Assembly (NCBI GenBank): GCA_016206175.1
Contig: JACQSB010000007.1
Span: forward strand, 8,639 to 72,638
Origin: Candidatus Uhrbacteria bacterium
Lineage (GTDB): Bacteria > Patescibacteriota > Patescibacteriia > JACQRZ01
DNA: 64,000 nt
Direction of reading: 5' to 3'
This document shows, piece after piece, positions 10,093-20,432 of this stretch (position 1 is the first letter of the stretch; each line of letters opens with the position of its first letter). Both the position numbers and the translations under genes were made by a program. Below the pieces are notes generated by a model. The model was not told the origin of the DNA. It saw only the letters and a program-made list of their open reading frames with translations, and searched no databases.

Positions 10093-11226
10093 TTATTCTG
10101 ATTTCTCAAGTACTGCCTGTTGCTCCGGGCTTTCTATTTCGCTTTTGATCTTATCCATAATGCGTGCCAGCGCGCGATCGCGAGTGCCGGCAACAGCGGC
10201 AAACTGTTTATCTACTTGCTCAATCCGAGCTCCAAGCAGGTCAATGGATTCTGAAAACTTTGCGTACTCTTGCTCAAACTTTTGGATCAAACCGATGACA
10301 GCGTGCAGATTTTCCTGATAGCGGAAATTCGTGTACGCCTGCTTGACCATGCGCAGCAGTGCGGTAAAGCTAAATGGTCCGGCGAGCACAACTTTTGATC
10401 GCAATGCCGTCTCCCATACATCGGGCAGCTCGCTATAAATAAAGGAAAAGATCATCTCGTTTGGAATAAAAAGAACAACAAAATCCACTGTCCTGTCTTC
10501 TATATTGATGTATTCCCTGCTCGTCACCTGTTTGATCTTCTGCTTAACGTCTTGCGTAAACTGACGCACATACCGTTCACGTTCCCCTTTATCTTCTGTC
10601 TCTGACATTTTGAGTAAGGCGGCATAGGGAAATTTTACATCAACATTGATTTTCGTCTGATCAGGAAGGTACACGATAAAATCCGGGCGCGTACTCACCG
10701 ACTCCTGTTCCTTGTTATGCACATAATCCTGCCCTGAAACAAAACCAGCCATCATCAATAAATTTTCTGCGACATGCTCGCCAAATGCGCCGCGAAGCTG
10801 ATTGTTTGACAATACACGTTTTAAGTCTGCCGTGGTCCCGTGCAAGTCCTTGAGTGCTTCACGCTGCGCTCCTAACTCTTGCTGGAGCGCGGAGAATGTC
10901 GAAATCCTGCTCTTATCTGACTCCTCCAAACGCTGCTTGCTTTCCGACAGATCACGGCGCATCTCTTCCACGAGCGATGCGATCGCATCTTTTTTGTGGG
11001 TAAGCTCGGTAGAGGATTGCTCCTGCAATGCCGCAAACCGCTCGCGCGCCAATGAAAAAAATTGCTCCTGTGTTTTTTGGAGCGTATCGGATGCAAGCCG
11101 CGCAAATACCGCCTCAAGATTTTCTTGCGCGTGCTTCGCAACGCCACGGGAGCGGACGATAAACCATGCAGCCGCGCAACCCAGCAGAAATGCGATGAAA
11201 ACACCAATAAGAAATGAGAGTGGCAT
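10093..11226 (-). CDS. rmuC: DNA recombination protein RmuC
   Basis: N-terminal TM, coiled coil, RGAFGE, RPDFIVYLP, VDVKFP, TVDFVVLFIPNE. Confidence 0.9.
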   Translation of the reverse strand: MPLSFLIGVFIAFLLGCAAAWFIVRSRGVAKHAQENLEAVFARLASDTLQKTQEQFFSLARERFAALQEQSSTELTHKKDAIASLVEEMRRDLSESKQRLEESDKSRISTFSALQQELGAQREALKDLHGTTADLKRVLSNNQLRGAFGEHVAENLLMMAGFVSGQDYVHNKEQESVSTRPDFIVYLPDQTKINVDVKFPYAALLKMSETEDKGERERYVRQFTQDVKQKIKQVTSREYINIEDRTVDFVVLFIPNEMIFSFIYSELPDVWETALRSKVVLAGPFSFTALLRMVKQAYTNFRYQENLHAVIGLIQKFEQEYAKFSESIDLLGARIEQVDKQFAAVAGTRDRALARIMDKIKSEIESPEQQAVLEKSE

Positions 11227-11311
11227 TTTGATTCAACTAGAAAACTTTGATAGGATACATACGTTATGCGAGAATAGCGCACCTACGCGCACCCATCATA
11301 CCAACACCATC

Positions 11312-14056
11312 ATGAAAGAACAAGAACAGCAGCAAACGACCGCCGTGCCGTGGCATACAATGCCCCTGCAAGCAATAGAGGATACGCTTCACACAGAATT
11401 TGCTTCCGGCTTATCGTTTGATGAGTCGCGTAAGCGGCTTGCAACTTACGGCGCAAATCAGCTTGCGGAGGAAAAATATGATTCAATTGTCACCATTTTC
11501 TTCCGGCAATTTGCGAACCCTCTCATCGCGATCTTGCTCATCTCGTCGGTTGTGCTGCTTGTTATTCAAGAACTCTCCGATGCCGTTATTATCATGGTCG
11601 TTCTAACATTTAATGCGATCGTTGGCACGATCCAGGAAGGGCGCGCGCAAAAAACGTTGGCGGCGCTCAAACGGTTTGCCGTGACAAACGCCATTGTACT
11701 GCGGGAAGGAAAAGAACGGATCATACCTGATATCGATGTCGTCCCGGGCGACATTCTTCTCATTCAGGAGGGCTCAAAAATCCCTGCGGATGCGCGCGTT
11801 GTCGAAGCATACGGCCTCCGCATCGACGAAGCTGCTTTGACCGGCGAATCCGGACCGATCGACAAACAGACAAAGACTTTCAAAAATGTCCTGCTGCCTA
11901 TTGCAGACCGCACCAATATGCTTTTCAAGGGCACTGCCGTATTAAGCGGCAACGGCATTGCTGTTGCCGTTGAGACGGGCATGCGGACGGAGTTCGGGAA
12001 AATCAGCGTTGCGATTTCGAAAATTGAATCCGATATGCCGCTAAAACGCGATATCGCATCACTCTCGAAGATGATCCTAGCTGCCGTTGGCATTATTTCT
12101 GTCACGCTCTTCGTAGCGGGTATTCTTTTTGGTATGGGTGTTCTCCAAATGTTTATCGTGATTGTATCTTTGGCCGTTTCTGTCATTCCCGAAGGATTGC
12201 CGATAGTCTTAACCCTAGTATTGGCAAACGGCGTGTGGCGCATGGCGCGGCGCAAAGCATTAGTCAAACGCCTGCATGCTGTAGAGGCGCTGGGACAAAC
12301 GAATGTGATAGCGGTAGATAAAACCGGCACGATCACTAAAAACGAAATGGTGGTGCGCCTCGTGTATACAGACTCGACTTCGTTCGCTGTGACAGGAGAT
12401 GGGTATACACCGGAAGGATCAATTCTACAAAGCGATGCAACAATCCAGTCAGACCACTACCCTTCTCTCGTTCTATTCAATCGCATCGGTGCATTGTCTG
12501 CAAACGCCCATATCGCGTATCTCGAATCGGAGAAACGATGGACGATGTCAGGAGATCCTACGGAAGCGGCAATGGTTGTATTTTCATCAAAGTGCGGGGA
12601 TACAAAAGAAGCGCTTGACGAGGCCTATCCGCGCATCGGAGAAATTCCATTTAACGCAAGCGCAAAATACCATGCAACACTCATTGCGGAAAAAAACGGA
12701 TCAACGCTCGCGATAGCAGGTGCGGCTGAGATCATCATTGCTGCGTGCAAAAAAATCCGCGAAGGCGGCAAGGATGTAGCGTTCACCAAGGCGCGCAGGG
12801 AGGCATTTGAAAAAGCATACCACGATGCGTCCCGGAAGGGTCTGCGGGTGATTGCTGTTGCCTTTCGTGAGTTTCCGGCAAAAAAGCAGCACATTTCTCT
12901 CGAGGATGTCTCCACTCTTACTTTGTTGGGATTCTACGGCATTGAAGATACTATCCGCTCGGAAGTAAAACAAGCAGTAGAGCGCGTGCGGCATGCGGGG
13001 ATCCGCGTTGTGATGATCACCGGCGATCACAAATTAACAGGGGAAGCAATTGGAAGGAAGGCAGGGATATTTCAGGAAGGTGATGAGATTATCACTGAAG
13101 AAGAATTGAAAGAACTTACGGATGAACAGCTTGCCGGACGCCTTGCGCGCGTCACGGTCTTTGCCCGCGTGTCGGCAGAACACAAGATGAAGATCGTACA
13201 AGCTTACAAGCGTCGCGGAGAAATCATCGCCATGACCGGGGACGGCGTGAATGACGCTGCCGCGTTAATGGCAGCTGATCTTGGAATTGGGATGGGAAAA
13301 ATCGGCACCGATGTTGCAAAAGAAGCCTCTGATATCATACTGCTTGATGATAATTTTTCCAGCATTGTATCGGCAATTGAAGAGGGACGCTCAATTGTTC
13401 GGACGATCAAACGCGTCATCTTGTACCTGGTATCAACGAGTGTCGGGGAGGTGCTTACAGTTTCGGCTGCTGTCTTGTTTGGTTTTCCGCTTCCGCTTCT
13501 AGCCGCACAGATCATCTGGCTTAATTTGGTGACCGATGGATTTCTGGATATTGCTCTTGCGATGGAACCAAAACCAACTGATGTGCTCTCCCGCGCATTT
13601 GACCGTGATGGCAAGGGCATCTATGATAGGCTCATGAAACAGCGTACGCTGGTCATGGCGTTGCCAATGGCGATCGGGAGTCTGGGTCTGTTTACTGCTT
13701 TCTTTCAGGATGACCTTGCAAAGGCACAGACGCTTACGCTTATCACTCTTGCGTTTTTCCAATGGTTTAATGCTCTAAATTGCCGATCAGAAGACACCTC
13801 GATCGCGCGTATAAATCCGTTTTCAAATCCATGGCTTGTCGCCGCCTTGTCATTGGTAGCTGTCCTGCAACTCCTCGCCGTCTACTCACCGCTGATGCAG
13901 ACACTTCTGCATACCGTGCCGCTTTCACTCCAGGAATGGGGAATTGCCATTGCCGTTGCTTCAACCATCATTCTTGCAGAAGAATTACGTAAACTCCTTT
14001 TCCCCAAAAAAGGCCAACTCACCTTATGGAATCACTCCTCGACATCGACCTTGTAA
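11312..14056 (+). CDS. Cation-transporting P-type ATPase (P2A, Ca2+-like)
   Basis: TGES, IPEGLP, DKTGT phosphorylation site, MITGDH, TGDGVNDA, QIIWLNLVTD; ATG at 11312. Confidence 0.95.
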   Translation: MKEQEQQQTTAVPWHTMPLQAIEDTLHTEFASGLSFDESRKRLATYGANQLAEEKYDSIVTIFFRQFANPLIAILLISSVVLLVIQELSDAVIIMVVLTFNAIVGTIQEGRAQKTLAALKRFAVTNAIVLREGKERIIPDIDVVPGDILLIQEGSKIPADARVVEAYGLRIDEAALTGESGPIDKQTKTFKNVLLPIADRTNMLFKGTAVLSGNGIAVAVETGMRTEFGKISVAISKIESDMPLKRDIASLSKMILAAVGIISVTLFVAGILFGMGVLQMFIVIVSLAVSVIPEGLPIVLTLVLANGVWRMARRKALVKRLHAVEALGQTNVIAVDKTGTITKNEMVVRLVYTDSTSFAVTGDGYTPEGSILQSDATIQSDHYPSLVLFNRIGALSANAHIAYLESEKRWTMSGDPTEAAMVVFSSKCGDTKEALDEAYPRIGEIPFNASAKYHATLIAEKNGSTLAIAGAAEIIIAACKKIREGGKDVAFTKARREAFEKAYHDASRKGLRVIAVAFREFPAKKQHISLEDVSTLTLLGFYGIEDTIRSEVKQAVERVRHAGIRVVMITGDHKLTGEAIGRKAGIFQEGDEIITEEELKELTDEQLAGRLARVTVFARVSAEHKMKIVQAYKRRGEIIAMTGDGVNDAAALMAADLGIGMGKIGTDVAKEASDIILLDDNFSSIVSAIEEGRSIVRTIKRVILYLVSTSVGEVLTVSAAVLFGFPLPLLAAQIIWLNLVTDGFLDIALAMEPKPTDVLSRAFDRDGKGIYDRLMKQRTLVMALPMAIGSLGLFTAFFQDDLAKAQTLTLITLAFFQWFNALNCRSEDTSIARINPFSNPWLVAALSLVAVLQLLAVYSPLMQTLLHTVPLSLQEWGIAIAVASTIILAEELRKLLFPKKGQLTLWNHSSTSTL

Positions 14057-14637
14057 CAGTAGTACAAACAATCGGTATTGCGGGGATCGCGGGAGTGATA
14101 TTTGCCGAAACAGGCCTTCTGGTGGGCTTTTTTCTGCCGGGTGATAGCTTGCTGTTTACAGCGGGATTTCTCGCCTCGCAAGGGCTCCTCAATATTGTCG
14201 TTCTAACGCTTGTTTGCTTCGTGTCTGCCGTGCTGGGCGACAGCGTAGGATATGCGATCGGCCGACGGCTGGGACCGCGCATCTTTACGCGTGAAAACTC
14301 GCGCTTTTTTCAGCGCGAATATATCGAACGGACAAAAATTTTTTATGAAAAATATGGAGGCAAGACAATCATCCTTGCCCGCTTTATTCCAATCATCCGC
14401 ACCTTTGCGCCGGTTCTTGCCGGCGTCGGAAAGATGCACTACCCGAAATTTCTTTCCTATAACCTTATCGGGGGCTTTGCGTGGGGCGCGTGCGTACCGC
14501 TTGCCGGATACTTTTTAGGAAGCATGATCCCATCGGTAGACCGCTACCTGTTTCCGATCATCGGAGGGATTATTGTTGTGTCTATTGTGCCTCCTCTGTA
14601 CGATTACTGGCGACATCGCAAAATAAAAAAAGCGTAA
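14026..14637 (+). CDS. DedA family membrane protein
   Basis: FAETGLLVGFFLPGDSLLFTAG, ARFIPIIRTFAP. Confidence 0.95.
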   Translation: MESLLDIDLVTVVQTIGIAGIAGVIFAETGLLVGFFLPGDSLLFTAGFLASQGLLNIVVLTLVCFVSAVLGDSVGYAIGRRLGPRIFTRENSRFFQREYIERTKIFYEKYGGKTIILARFIPIIRTFAPVLAGVGKMHYPKFLSYNLIGGFAWGACVPLAGYFLGSMIPSVDRYLFPIIGGIIVVSIVPPLYDYWRHRKIKKA

Positions 14638-14674
14638 ACTTCACGCTCGTCGCGAATTGTTTTCGGATAAGATC

Positions 14675-15193
14675 TTATCTAGCTATGTTCCTTCTTTAAT
14701 TTCGCAATTTCCTGTTTGAGCTCAATCATGCGCAATTCGCGTCCGACAAGTACCTTGTTGAGCTTTTCGGCTTGATCGCGCAATTCTTTTGCCTGTGTTA
14801 CATCCGGTTCAATTGCGATAAATTCATCACTTCTCCGCTCGTATCGAGAATAGGATAAATCCTCAACTCTTGCCAGTATTCAGTTCCGTCTTTTCTCCTA
14901 TTTTTTACTTCGCCGACAAAAGAAATTTTTTCTTCTTTTATCCGATGCCACATCTTTTCGTAAAATTTATTTGGCATATTCCCTCCCCAGAGATCGCCGG
15001 GATTTTTGCCAATGATTTCTGTAATCGGGTAGCCGGTTCTTTTTTCAACCGCTTTGTTAGCGTAGATGATGTTAGCGTTTGCGTCGGTGAGAACAATATG
15101 TTCATCGATCGCATCAAAACAATTGCCGATCTCTTTGTTTTTCTCAATGAGAATGTTCAGTTCTTGGGAAGAGAGTGCTTGGCGGTAGGGCAT
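14675..15193 (-). pseudogene. PAS-domain protein split by a 1-nt frameshift (pseudogene or sequencing error)
   Basis: PAS motifs IIYANKAVEKRTGY...NRRKDGTEYW. The natural continuation FIAIEPDVTQAKEL...VGRELRMIELKQEI* lies in another frame after AATTTATC (about 14820). Confidence 0.78.
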
Positions 15194-15219
15194 AGATACA
15201 ACGTAAAAGTTGTATATCT

Positions 15220-15250
15220 ATTATACCCCCCCCCCCCCTCGATTGTTCAA
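15220..15250 (-). promoter_or_regulatory. Sigma70-like promoter with a G13 homopolymer spacer
   Basis: Minus strand reads TTGAAC-aatcga-G13-TATAAT (19-nt spacer), 26 nt upstream of the PAS gene ATG. Confidence 0.6.
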
Positions 15251-15262
15251 ATTGACGGAACA

Positions 15263-16297
15263 CTACCACTCCAACGTACCGCCGGTGGAGTATTCCGTGA
15301 CGCGTGTCTCAAAAAAATTCTTTTCCTTAGAAAGGTCGATTGCCTCTGACATCCATGGGAAGGGGTTTTGGCTGCCGTATTGCACGGGTAATCCAATGCG
15401 CACGAGCCTCCGGTCGGCAATATACTGGATATACTCTTTGAAACTGTCAGCGTTCATACCGAAGATGCCTTTCGGGAATACTTCGCGCGCAAAAGTATAT
15501 TCAAGCTCGGTGCCCTTTCGGATCAAATCAACAGCATGCGTCTGAAAATCCGGAGTCCACACCTCAGGCTGTTCTTCTTTGATGCCGTTGATGATATTGA
15601 TGCCAAAGTTCAAGTGCTGAGATTCGTCGCGCATGATGTATTGGATCTGCTCGGCGGATCCCACCATTTTGTTTTGCCGTTGAAAACCAAACATCACGGC
15701 AAAGGAGCTGTAAAAAAAGATCCCCTCCATGATGATGGAAAAAACGATCATGTTTTCCACGAATTTCTGATCTGCTGCAAGAGTGCCGGTCTTAAAGGCG
15801 GGGTTAAATAATCCCTCATTAAAGCTCAAAATGAATTCGTCTTTGTTGTAGATGGCGTCCACTTCGCGGTACATGTTAAAGATCTCTCCTTCGTCCAGGC
15901 CGAGGCTCTCCACGATGTACTGATACGAGTGGGTATGAATCGCTTCTTCGTATGCCTGCCGCAATAAATACATGCGGCATTCCGGCGATGTCACGTGGCG
16001 ATAGGCAGCCAAGACAATGTTGTTCGCCGCAATGGAATCGCCCGTCGTAAAAAATCCAAGCACTGTCTTAAATGCCGCACGCTCGTCGGGTGTGAGGACA
16101 TTCGGTGCCTTCCATTGCTCGATGTCGTTTTGCATCGTGATCTCGGTCGGGAGCCAATGATTGGCATTGCCGACATTGTAGGCTGTCCACGCAAACGTAT
16201 GCTTCATCGGATACAACTGAATGACATCGGCATCTTCGCCATTGATGATCCGTCTCTTATTGATGTTTACTCGTTCTGATGTCTTTGTGATCGGCAT
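15263..16297 (-). CDS. nrdB: Ribonucleotide reductase class Ia beta subunit
   Basis: Metal ligands GD, EEAIH, MEGIFFY, RDESQH; radical Tyr (HTHSY); C-terminal NFFETRVTEY. Confidence 0.96.
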   Translation of the reverse strand: MPITKTSERVNINKRRIINGEDADVIQLYPMKHTFAWTAYNVGNANHWLPTEITMQNDIEQWKAPNVLTPDERAAFKTVLGFFTTGDSIAANNIVLAAYRHVTSPECRMYLLRQAYEEAIHTHSYQYIVESLGLDEGEIFNMYREVDAIYNKDEFILSFNEGLFNPAFKTGTLAADQKFVENMIVFSIIMEGIFFYSSFAVMFGFQRQNKMVGSAEQIQYIMRDESQHLNFGINIINGIKEEQPEVWTPDFQTHAVDLIRKGTELEYTFAREVFPKGIFGMNADSFKEYIQYIADRRLVRIGLPVQYGSQNPFPWMSEAIDLSKEKNFFETRVTEYSTGGTLEW

Positions 16298-16303
16298 AGA
16301 GAG

Positions 16304-19195
16304 TTATTGGCATGATTCGCAATCAGGGTCTTCAATCTTACATAACGGCACCCCTGCCGCCGCGATTGTTGCAACGACTGCCGGCACCACGTGCTGCTCA
16401 AGAGCAGATGCCATCTCAACGGGAGGAACAGGAGCAGATACGGCGATCGAGATCGCAGAACGAATCTCGGACTGCTGCGCCGATCCGAAGCCTTGCGCGG
16501 AAGACTGCTGTTTCCGCAAATGCGTCCCTGCATATTCTGTCGCGTCTAATGTTGCCTTCTCTACTTGAGATGCGGCGAGGGTGCGCAGGTAGTACGTAGT
16601 TTTTAATCCGATCTGCCATGCATACAAATACGTGTCGGAAAGTTTCTTTCCTGACGCGCCGTGGAAGAAGACATTTAATGACTGGCTCTGATCAATCCAT
16701 TTCCCGCGGTACGCCGCAGCTTTGATAATCCAAACCGGATCAATCTCAAACACCTCTTTGTACTTCTGCCGAATCTCCTGCGGTATCTCGTGAATCTCCT
16801 GGATAGTGCCATCATGGTACTTGATCTTGCCAAGCATCTCGTAGTCCCAGAGACCGGCGGATTTCAAATCTTCGACCAAATAGGGGTTCACAACAGTAAA
16901 ATCACCGCTCATGTTTGACTTTACGTAGATGTTTTTATAGATCGGCTCGATCGAGGGTACCGTGCCTGCGATATTAGAAATCGTTGCAGTCGGTGCGATG
17001 GCAAGACAGTTGGAGTTGCGCATCCCGTACCGACGCACAGATTGGCGCACAACGCTCCAGTCAAGCTTGCTCGTACGCGGCATGTCTATTTTCTGCCCAC
17101 GCTCTTGTTCGAGTAGATCAATCGTATCGACCGGAAAGAGCCCGCGATCCCACTTTGATCCGCTGTAGCTTGCATATGATCCTCGTTCGCGGGAGAGCGC
17201 ACTGGAAGCAAGGATAGCATGATAGGCAACCACCTCCATGCTCTCATCGGCAAAACGTACGCATTCCTCGGAGTCAAACTGTATGCCTTTCATATAGAGT
17301 GCGTCTTGGAAGCCCATGACTCCGAGACCCACAGGACGATGGCGGAGATTGGAAGCGCGAGCCTCCTTCGTGGGGTAATAATTCACATCAACGACGTTGT
17401 CGAGCATGCGCATCGCAACCGGAATCGTGCATGACAATAAATCAATATCAAGCTCTCTGCCTTTCATATGTTTGGCAAAATTGATCGATCCAAGGTTGCA
17501 TACTGCGGTCTCCTCTTCTGATGTATTCAGCGTAATTTCGGTGCAGAGATTGGAGCTATGCACGACGCCGGCATGATCCTGCGGAGATCGTACATTGCAG
17601 GGATCTTTGAATGTGATCCACGGATGTCCCGTTTCATACAACATGGAAAGCATTTTCTTCCACAAATCGCGAGCTTTCACGGTCTTGGTAAGCTGCATCT
17701 TGCCATCACGTGCGTCTTGCTCATATTTCCCGTAACGCTCCTCAAACCGTTTGCCGTACAGATGGTGCAGATCCGGCACCTCGTGAGGCGAGAACAAGGT
17801 CCATCCACCATCTTCCTGCACCCGTTTCATGAAAAGATCAGGGATCCAATTTGCGGTATTGATATCATGCGTGCGGCGGCGTTCGTCACCGGTGTTTTTG
17901 CGCAACTCTAGATAATCCTCAATATCATGGTGCCATATTTCAAGATACACGCATGCGGCGCCGCGGCGGCGGCCACTGCGGTTGATGGCATGCGTGGCGT
18001 CATTCGATACTTTCAAGAAAGGAACGACGCCCTGACTCTCAACGCCGATGCCTTGAATCAAGGCGCCAGTCGCACGGACATTGCTCCAATCCGTACCGAT
18101 GCCGCCTGACCATTTTGAGAGCTGGGCATTATCCGAAATCACTTTGAAAATATGGTCAAGCGAATCAGTGACCGTGTTGAGGTAACAGGAGGACAACTGG
18201 GGGTGCTCGGTGCCGGCATGAAAGAGCGTTGGCGTCGATGGCACGTAGCGCAGCGTTGATGCAACCTCGTAAAACTCTTTTGCATACCGCATCTTTTCTT
18301 TCTCTTTGAGCGCGAGGCCCATTGCCACCCGCATCCAGAATGCCTGCGGAGTTTCAAGAACCCGTTTCGCATAGGGATCGCGGAGAAAGTAACGGTCATA
18401 GAGAACTTGAGTGCCGAGGTAGCGGAGCAAATCATCCCGATCGAGTACAAGCTCTCTACTTAACCTTTCCAGATCGAACGTGAGTAACCGCGGATCAAGC
18501 CGGCCGATCTCAACGCCGTTTTTGATGTTTGCAACAAACGCTGTTCGATACTGCTGTTCCAGTTTTGAAACATCAAAGCCTTCCCCGATGGCTTCACTGT
18601 AAAGAGAATGGAGAAGCAGGCGGGAAGCAAGACGCGAATAGGCGGGGTCGACTTCGATGAGAGTGCGGGTAGCCATCACAAGGCCGTGGAATACTTCCTG
18701 CGTTGCAACGCCGTCATATAAATCGTTGCGGCATTGGCGAGCAACCAGGGCTTTGTCGATTTGATTTTCCAAACCGATGGTAAAATATGAAAGGCAGCGC
18801 TCAAGTTTTTCGAGCATAAATTGCTCGCGTGCGCCGGACCGCTTGATTACGACAAGCTCGTTACGTTCGATTTTCTCTCGGAGCTCTTGCTGCTTTGCAA
18901 CGCGCTGCTTGGTATGCTCATAGCGGTAGATGATGTACGCACGGGCAACGTCAAAATATCCGTGCTGCGCGATGATGCGTTCGGCGATATCTTGGACGTC
19001 TTCTACTCCGGGAACGATGCCTTCGGAAACGCGCCCTTCAAGAAGTGAAACGACTTCATCGGTGAGTGATGGGAAAAAACTGGAATCCACAATAATACCG
19101 CAAGCATTGAATGCTTTTTGCACTGCGCTTTCGATGCGGATGCGGTCAAACTCAACGATCGAGCCGTTGCGCTTCTTGATTTTTGTGAGAGCCAT
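16304..19195 (-). CDS. nrdA: Ribonucleotide reductase class Ia alpha subunit with ATP-cones
   Basis: IKKRNG ATP-cone plus a second cone (VIKRSG), PSTPTL, SSCY, SSNLCTEI, APTATIS, KTTYYLR, C-terminal CESCQ. Confidence 0.97.
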   Translation of the reverse strand: MALTKIKKRNGSIVEFDRIRIESAVQKAFNACGIIVDSSFFPSLTDEVVSLLEGRVSEGIVPGVEDVQDIAERIIAQHGYFDVARAYIIYRYEHTKQRVAKQQELREKIERNELVVIKRSGAREQFMLEKLERCLSYFTIGLENQIDKALVARQCRNDLYDGVATQEVFHGLVMATRTLIEVDPAYSRLASRLLLHSLYSEAIGEGFDVSKLEQQYRTAFVANIKNGVEIGRLDPRLLTFDLERLSRELVLDRDDLLRYLGTQVLYDRYFLRDPYAKRVLETPQAFWMRVAMGLALKEKEKMRYAKEFYEVASTLRYVPSTPTLFHAGTEHPQLSSCYLNTVTDSLDHIFKVISDNAQLSKWSGGIGTDWSNVRATGALIQGIGVESQGVVPFLKVSNDATHAINRSGRRRGAACVYLEIWHHDIEDYLELRKNTGDERRRTHDINTANWIPDLFMKRVQEDGGWTLFSPHEVPDLHHLYGKRFEERYGKYEQDARDGKMQLTKTVKARDLWKKMLSMLYETGHPWITFKDPCNVRSPQDHAGVVHSSNLCTEITLNTSEEETAVCNLGSINFAKHMKGRELDIDLLSCTIPVAMRMLDNVVDVNYYPTKEARASNLRHRPVGLGVMGFQDALYMKGIQFDSEECVRFADESMEVVAYHAILASSALSRERGSYASYSGSKWDRGLFPVDTIDLLEQERGQKIDMPRTSKLDWSVVRQSVRRYGMRNSNCLAIAPTATISNIAGTVPSIEPIYKNIYVKSNMSGDFTVVNPYLVEDLKSAGLWDYEMLGKIKYHDGTIQEIHEIPQEIRQKYKEVFEIDPVWIIKAAAYRGKWIDQSQSLNVFFHGASGKKLSDTYLYAWQIGLKTTYYLRTLAASQVEKATLDATEYAGTHLRKQQSSAQGFGSAQQSEIRSAISIAVSAPVPPVEMASALEQHVVPAVVATIAAAGVPLCKIEDPDCESCQ

Positions 19196-19460
19196 ACGGA
19201 TTGGCGTTAGGCGTTAGGTCCTTCGAGAAAAGTCCGAAAAGCATTGTATCTCTAAAGCCGTCAGGCGACAAAAAAACGGACCCATAGGTTGTATAAGAGA
19301 CCGTTTTCGATTCAGTGACGTCAAGTGACTTCGGAAGAGTCTGTAGATCGTTCTGAGGCGAAACTCATCCTATCAATATCCACTAGGGGTGTAAAGTGGA
19401 TAAGTGAAAAATTGTCTGTCAAGCTGTGGCGAGATCACCGATATCACGGCACGGCGGCAA

Positions 19461-20426
19461 TCAGGAATCGGTGCTCGACTTGCCGTGGACGACGCACAAA
19501 TCCCCATGTATTTTATAGTATTCGTATGCTGACGTGGCGGCAACAGCACCCATGGCAGCAGCAGTAATATCCTGCTTAAACCCCTCAAACAGATTTATAA
19601 TATCTCCGGCGACAAACGCGCCCGGTACGCTCGTGCGCATCATTGTATCTGCCTTGGCATATCCACGCTCGTCTAGAGCAACGCCTGCCTTTTTGAGCAA
19701 CTCAGAGCGCGGCAAAAGCCCAACTTCGATAAAAAGGCCATCAACGGCTAAATCGATTGAGCCGTTGAATGGTTTGCTTAAAACAACTTTTTCAAATATG
19801 CCGGACCCTAAGATTTCTTTTACTTCTGTTTCAAAAAGCACTTCCACTTTATCGCCCAACTTTTTCATACGTTCATAATTGATCGGCTCTGCGGCTACTT
19901 TTGTGCCACGAACAATCAAGTAGATCTTTTTGGCGTACTCTGCTGCCAAATTGACTCCTTTCACGGATGAATCGCCGCCACCGACAACAGCAATGGTCTT
20001 GTCGCGATACAGCGGCCCATCGCACGTCACGCAGTAATGCACGCCCTTGCCGGTGAGCTCTTTTTCATTCGGAAGGCCAAGCCGCCGATGCTCCGTGCCG
20101 GTGGCAATAATAACGGTGTTTGAAAAATACTCTTCTCCTTTTTTTGTACGCAAGGTAAAACACCCGCTCTCGCCGCGCTGGATATCCTCAACGCGCCCAT
20201 CCCTGATCTCGATACCGAGATCAGTGGCTTGCTTTTTCATGTTCACCATGAGGTCAAACCCATCGATCGATGAGTATCCCGGATAATTCTCGATCGGACC
20301 GGCAATGCTGGTATAGCCGCCAAATTCGTCGCCAATGACCAGGGTCCTCATTCGATAACGGCCAGAATATACTGCTGCGGCAAGACCGGCTGCCCCGGAG
20401 CCGACAATAATGAGATCATACGACAT
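19461..20426 (-). CDS. trxB: Thioredoxin-disulfide reductase
   Basis: GSGAAG FAD motif, GVHYCVTCDG active site, VGGGDS, FVAGD. Confidence 0.93.
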   Translation of the reverse strand: MSYDLIIVGSGAAGLAAAVYSGRYRMRTLVIGDEFGGYTSIAGPIENYPGYSSIDGFDLMVNMKKQATDLGIEIRDGRVEDIQRGESGCFTLRTKKGEEYFSNTVIIATGTEHRRLGLPNEKELTGKGVHYCVTCDGPLYRDKTIAVVGGGDSSVKGVNLAAEYAKKIYLIVRGTKVAAEPINYERMKKLGDKVEVLFETEVKEILGSGIFEKVVLSKPFNGSIDLAVDGLFIEVGLLPRSELLKKAGVALDERGYAKADTMMRTSVPGAFVAGDIINLFEGFKQDITAAAMGAVAATSAYEYYKIHGDLCVVHGKSSTDS

Positions 20427-20432
20427 AGCGTA

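Noticed and set aside
10802-11311. N-terminal extension of the P-type ATPase ORF (1084 aa in the track)
   Set aside because: It overlaps rmuC on the opposite strand; ATPase-like sequence begins after ATG 11312
19370-19425. NrdR boxes and a sigma70 promoter for nrdA
   Set aside because: TTGACA is present (19417-19422) but there is no -10 box at 16-18 nt, and the match to the NrdR palindrome is poor
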